Shown here: piece after piece, positions 59,896 to 64,000 of the stretch
Layout of the letters: each line of letters opens with the position of its first letter
Numbering within the stretch: position 1 is the stretch's first letter
DNA from: an uncultured Actinomycetes bacterium
GTDB taxonomy: Bacteria; Actinomycetota; UBA4738; HRBIN12
Reading direction: 5' to 3'
Assembly: GCA_963716935.1 (NCBI GenBank)
Contig: CAVQUN010000002.1
Location: forward strand, 149,830-213,829
DNA: 64,000 nucleotides
Position numbers and translations under genes: made by a program
The notes under the pieces: model-generated
What the model saw: only the letters and a program-made list of their open reading frames with translations
The model's database searches: none
What the model was told of the DNA's origin: nothing

Positions 59896-62430
59896 GTGCT
59901 TCGGGCGGCGCTCCGCAGCGTCCTCGCGCGCAAGGTCCGGCTGATCCTCACGGGGATCTCGATCCTCGTCGGCGTGGGATTCATGGCCGGGACGTACGTC
60001 CTCACCGACACGATGACCCGGGCCTTCGACCAGCTCGTCACCGCGGGCACCTCCTCGATCGACGTCCTCGTTCGCAGCTCGAACGCGTTCACGGCGCAGA
60101 CCAGCAGCCTCGAGGAGCGCGAGCCGATGCCGGATTCCGTGCTGGCGGACGTGGAGTCGGTCCCCGGGGTCGCCAGGGCGGTCGGCGACGTGCTCGGGTA
60201 CGCGCAGATCGTCGACCCGTCGACGGGAAAGGTGATCGGCACAGTGGGGCCTCCGACGGCCGCCTCCGCGTGGAACGACCTCAACGGCTTCCGGCTGAAG
60301 CCGGGGGGCTCGCCGCCGCAGGGGGAGCACCAGGTCGTGATCGACGCCGCGACCGCCGAGAGCCACCACATCCAGGTGGGCGACCAGGTGCAGATCCTGT
60401 TCGAGGGTCCCCCCGGTGAGTTCGACGTCGTCGGGGTCGCCGGCTACGGAGACAGCGACAGCCTCCTCGGCGCGACGTGGGCGCTGTTCGACCTGCCCAC
60501 CGCACAACACGTGCTCGGCAAGGACGGCGAGCTGGATTCGGTCTCCGTGGTCGCCGAGCAGGGGGTGTCGGGGGTCGAGCTTCAGCGCAGCATCGCCGCC
60601 GTGCTGCCCGAGGGCACCGAGGCCGTCACCGCGGCCACGCTGACCTCGGAGGCCCAGGACCAGATCGCGACCGGTCTCGGGTTCCTGCGGACCGCCTTCC
60701 TCGTGTTCGCGTTCGTCGCGCTGTTCGTCGGGGCGTTCATCATCTTCAACACGTTCGCGATCATCGTCGCGCAGCGAACGCGCGAGCTGGCGCTGTTCCG
60801 CGCGCTGGGGGCGACCGGGCGGCAGGTGATGACGTCGGTGGTCGTCGAGGCGTTCATCGTCGGGGTCGTGTCGTCGGCGCTCGGCGTGCTCTGCGGGATC
60901 GGCATCGCGATCGGGCTCAAGGCGCTGTTGTCCGCCGTCGGCCTCGACATCCCCGCGTCGGGGACGGTGATCCTGGCGCGCACGTTCATCGTGTCGGTCG
61001 TCGTCGGAACGATCGTGACGGTCGTGGCGGCGATCGTGCCCGCGCGTCGTGCCGCGAGGGTGGCGCCGATCGAGGCGCTTCGCGAGGCGCAGGACCGCCC
61101 CGGCCGCTCGCTCCGGTTCCGCTTGATCACTGGCGCGATCGTCCTGGCCCTCGGCGTCGTGCCGCTCGCCTACGGCCTCTTCGGCACGCCGGAGAACGCG
61201 CTCCAGCTCGTCGGCCTCGGAGTCGCGTTCACGTTCCTCGGGGTGGCGATGCTCACGCCCCTCATCGCGCGGCCCGTGGCGCGAGCGCTCGGCGCGCCCG
61301 TCCGGCTGCTGGGGGTGCCCGGCAAGCTTGCGAGCGAGAACTCGATGCGCAACCCGCGCCGGACCGCGGCGACCGCCTCGGCGCTGATGATCGGGCTCGG
61401 CCTCGTCGTGTTCGTCGCCGTGTTCGGCGCGTCGGCCAAGGCATCGGTCGACTCGACCCTGGAGAGGACGCTGAAGGCGGACTTCATCCTCACGTCGCCG
61501 ACGTTCAGCGGGTTCAGCACCGCCGCCGCAGACGCCATGCGGCCCGTGCCTGGCGTCGCCGTGGTCTCCGAGCTCCGGCAGGGGGAGGTGCATGTCCGCG
61601 GCGGGACCGCGTTCGTGACCGGGCTCGACCCGACCACCCTTCCGGCCGTCTCGGACGTCGGGCTCGTCGGAGGATCGATCACCGATCTCGCGCTGCCGAA
61701 CACGATCGCCGTCTACGACCAGGTCGCCGACGACAACGGTTGGGGCCTCGGCGACCACATCCGCATGGAGTTCCCGGCGACGGGCGTCGTCGACCTCGAG
61801 GTGGTCGGCCTCTACTCCGAGAGCGGGCTCATCGGCGACTACGCCGTCTCGCTGCAGACCTACGACGCGAACGTGGCGCAACAGCTCGACGTCTTCGTGC
61901 TGGTCAAGGCCGAGGACGGTGCGGACCTGGCGGCGGTGCAGTCGGACCTGGAGGCCGCCCTCGAGCCGTTCCCGAACATCGAGGTGCAGGATCAAGCCGC
62001 CTTCCGCGACAAGTACGCGACGTTCCTCAACCAGGTCCTGAACCTGGTGACGGCGCTGCTGGTCTTCGCGGTGGTGATCGCCCTGTTCGGCGTCATGAAC
62101 ACGCTCTACCTGTCGATCCACGAGCGAACGCGCGAGCTGGGCCTGCTTCGGGCGGTCGGGCTCACGAGACGCCAGACCCGGTCCATGGTGCGGCGAGAGG
62201 CCGCCATCATCTCCGTGATGGGGGCGCTGTTCGGCGTCGTCATCGGGATCGCCTTCGGCTGGGCGTTGCAGCAGGCGCTCGCGCCTCGGGGCTTCAGCGA
62301 CCTCGGCATCCCGGGCGGACAGCTGACGTTCTACGTGGTCGCCGCCGCCATCCTCGGGTGGCTGTTCGCGTTCCTTCCGGCTCGCCGCGCGGCCAAGCTC
62401 AACGTCCTCGAGGCCATCGCGTACGAGTAG
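59896..62430 (+). CDS. FtsX/MacB-like ABC permease (duplicated domains)
   Basis: QRTRELALFRALGA and ERTRELGLLRAVG FtsX motifs; many TM segments. Confidence 0.9.
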   Translation: MLRAALRSVLARKVRLILTGISILVGVGFMAGTYVLTDTMTRAFDQLVTAGTSSIDVLVRSSNAFTAQTSSLEEREPMPDSVLADVESVPGVARAVGDVLGYAQIVDPSTGKVIGTVGPPTAASAWNDLNGFRLKPGGSPPQGEHQVVIDAATAESHHIQVGDQVQILFEGPPGEFDVVGVAGYGDSDSLLGATWALFDLPTAQHVLGKDGELDSVSVVAEQGVSGVELQRSIAAVLPEGTEAVTAATLTSEAQDQIATGLGFLRTAFLVFAFVALFVGAFIIFNTFAIIVAQRTRELALFRALGATGRQVMTSVVVEAFIVGVVSSALGVLCGIGIAIGLKALLSAVGLDIPASGTVILARTFIVSVVVGTIVTVVAAIVPARRAARVAPIEALREAQDRPGRSLRFRLITGAIVLALGVVPLAYGLFGTPENALQLVGLGVAFTFLGVAMLTPLIARPVARALGAPVRLLGVPGKLASENSMRNPRRTAATASALMIGLGLVVFVAVFGASAKASVDSTLERTLKADFILTSPTFSGFSTAAADAMRPVPGVAVVSELRQGEVHVRGGTAFVTGLDPTTLPAVSDVGLVGGSITDLALPNTIAVYDQVADDNGWGLGDHIRMEFPATGVVDLEVVGLYSESGLIGDYAVSLQTYDANVAQQLDVFVLVKAEDGADLAAVQSDLEAALEPFPNIEVQDQAAFRDKYATFLNQVLNLVTALLVFAVVIALFGVMNTLYLSIHERTRELGLLRAVGLTRRQTRSMVRREAAIISVMGALFGVVIGIAFGWALQQALAPRGFSDLGIPGGQLTFYVVAAAILGWLFAFLPARRAAKLNVLEAIAYE

Positions 62431-62479
62431 CCGCTTCCACGGCGGCCGCGAGAGCGGCGGCCGATATCATGGCCGTCCC

Positions 62480-64000
62480 ATGCCCCGGATCGAGCTTCCC
62501 GACGGGACCTCGACCGAGCTTCCGCAGGGGGAGCCGGTCGGCTCGGTCCTGCCGCCCGGGGCCGTCGCGGCCCGTTTCGGCGGCGAGCTCGTGGACCTCT
62601 CGTTCATTCCGAGCGCCGACGGGAGCGCCGAGCCCGTCGCCGCGTCCGAGCCCGACGGGTTGCACGTCATCCGCCACTCGACCGCCCACGTGCTGGCGCA
62701 GGCCGTCTGCGACCTGTGGCCCGGGTCGCGCTACGCCATCGGGCCGGCGATCGAGGACGGCTTCTACTACGACCTCGATCTGCCCGGGCCGATCTCCGAA
62801 TCCGACCTCGCCAAGATCGAGGACCGGATGCGCGAGATCGCGGCCGCGGACCAGCCGTTCGTGCGCGAGGAGCTCTCGCGGGCCGAGGCGCTCGGGCGCT
62901 TCGCGGACCAGCCCTACAAGAAGGAGATCATCGAGTCGCTCGACGTCGGGGAGGTGGGGTCCGGGGACTCGGTGACCGTGTATCGCAACGACGGCTGGTC
63001 GGACCTCTGCCTCGGGCCGCACGTGCCCTCGAGCGGACACCTCGGGGCCTTCAAGCTGATGAAGCTCGCCGGCGCCTACTGGCGGGGCGACGAGTTGCGG
63101 CCGATGCTGCAGCGGATCTACGGGACCGCGTGGGCCACGCAGGCCGACCTCGAGGAGTACCTGCGCCGCCTGGAGGAGGCCGAGAAACGCGATCATCGCC
63201 GTCTGGGCCGCGAGCTCGATCTGTTCAGCTCTCCCGAGGAGCTCGGCCCGGGCCTGTGGATCTGGCACCCACGGGGCGGGATCTTCCGCAAGGAGCTCGA
63301 GAGCTACGTTCGAGACCTCCACCTGGAGCGCGGCTACGACCTCGTGGTGACCCCGCACATCGCGCGCTCGGTGCTCTGGGAGACGAGCGGCCACCTCGCG
63401 AAGTACGCGGACAACATGTACCCGCCGATGCACGACGAGCAGGGCGACTACTACGTCAAGCCGATGAACTGCCCGTTCCACGTCCTCGTCTACAAGTCCC
63501 AGATCCGCTCGTACCGCGACCTGCCGATGCGGCTGTCTGAGCTCGGCACGGTCTACCGGCACGAGCGGATCGGCACGCTCCACGGCCTGCTGCGCATCCG
63601 GGGCCTCACCATGGACGACTCGCACATCGTCTGCACGCCCGACCAGCTGATCGACGAGATTCTCGGCGTGTTCGACTTCACGTTGGAGATCCTGCGCACG
63701 TTCGGGTTCGCCGAGCCGATCATCAAGCTGTCGACGTTGCCCGGGCAGACGATCGTCACGCCGGAGATGGCGGAGCGGGCGACCGAGGCGCTCACCAACG
63801 CGCTCGAGAAGAGCGGGCTCCCGTATCAGGTCGCCGAGGGCGAGGGCGCCTTCTACGGCCCGAAGGTCGACTTCGACTTCCGCGACGCCATCGGGCGACC
63901 GTGGCAGCTCACCACCGTGCAGTGCGACTTCGGTCTGCCCGAGCGGTTCGACATGGAGTACGTCGGCGAGGACAACCAGCGGCACCGACCCGTCATGATC
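62480..64000 (+). CDS. thrS: Threonine--tRNA ligase (3' end beyond the window)
   Basis: RHSTAHVLAQAV, IGPAIEDGFYYD, DLCLGPH, AGAYWRGD, RDHRRLG, KPMNCPFH, GAFYGPK. Confidence 0.96.
   Translation, partial: MPRIELPDGTSTELPQGEPVGSVLPPGAVAARFGGELVDLSFIPSADGSAEPVAASEPDGLHVIRHSTAHVLAQAVCDLWPGSRYAIGPAIEDGFYYDLDLPGPISESDLAKIEDRMREIAAADQPFVREELSRAEALGRFADQPYKKEIIESLDVGEVGSGDSVTVYRNDGWSDLCLGPHVPSSGHLGAFKLMKLAGAYWRGDELRPMLQRIYGTAWATQADLEEYLRRLEEAEKRDHRRLGRELDLFSSPEELGPGLWIWHPRGGIFRKELESYVRDLHLERGYDLVVTPHIARSVLWETSGHLAKYADNMYPPMHDEQGDYYVKPMNCPFHVLVYKSQIRSYRDLPMRLSELGTVYRHERIGTLHGLLRIRGLTMDDSHIVCTPDQLIDEILGVFDFTLEILRTFGFAEPIIKLSTLPGQTIVTPEMAERATEALTNALEKSGLPYQVAEGEGAFYGPKVDFDFRDAIGRPWQLTTVQCDFGLPERFDMEYVGEDNQRHRPVMI

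Noticed and set aside
62431-62479. T-box leader for thrS
   Set aside because: The intergenic gap is only about 50 bp, with a -10 hexamer close to the ATG.

Overview
High-GC actinobacterial chromosomal segment, probably from a deep-branching lineage (inferred from rny, a dapL-type aminotransferase, an archaeal-type phosphoglycerate mutase and CGAAC-N4-GTTCG SOS boxes). The left arm is a housekeeping backbone: recX, rny, miaB, miaA, dapF, dapL, hflX, lexA, a LysM gene, nrdR, nrdJ and dut. The right end carries tRNA-Val(CAC), an ABC exporter and the 5' part of thrS. Between them, the tRNA-Gly/Cys/Val locus is expanded by about 40 kb of accessory DNA: four ECF sigma/membrane-partner pairs, ArsR-SRPBCC and AraC modules, a UvrA-like operon, a MetE-like gene and a xylose utilisation locus. 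Main highlights: (1) an AhpD/CMD-like gene split by an in-frame TGA in a CxxU motif with a SECIS-like hairpin (probable selenoprotein) next to a Cys-free partner gene; (2) a 4-kb element integrated at tRNA-Val(GAC), with a 45-bp core duplication and matching arm-type repeats but no integrase; (3) an RnfD/UnbU-like plus ASPIC/UnbV-like gene pair and an M24-fold gene inside the xylose locus; (4) several candidate small RNAs, including a possible 6S-like leader before rny; (5) an orphan clpP under apparent ArsR/SRPBCC control. All family calls come from motif recognition by eye; no database searches were run.
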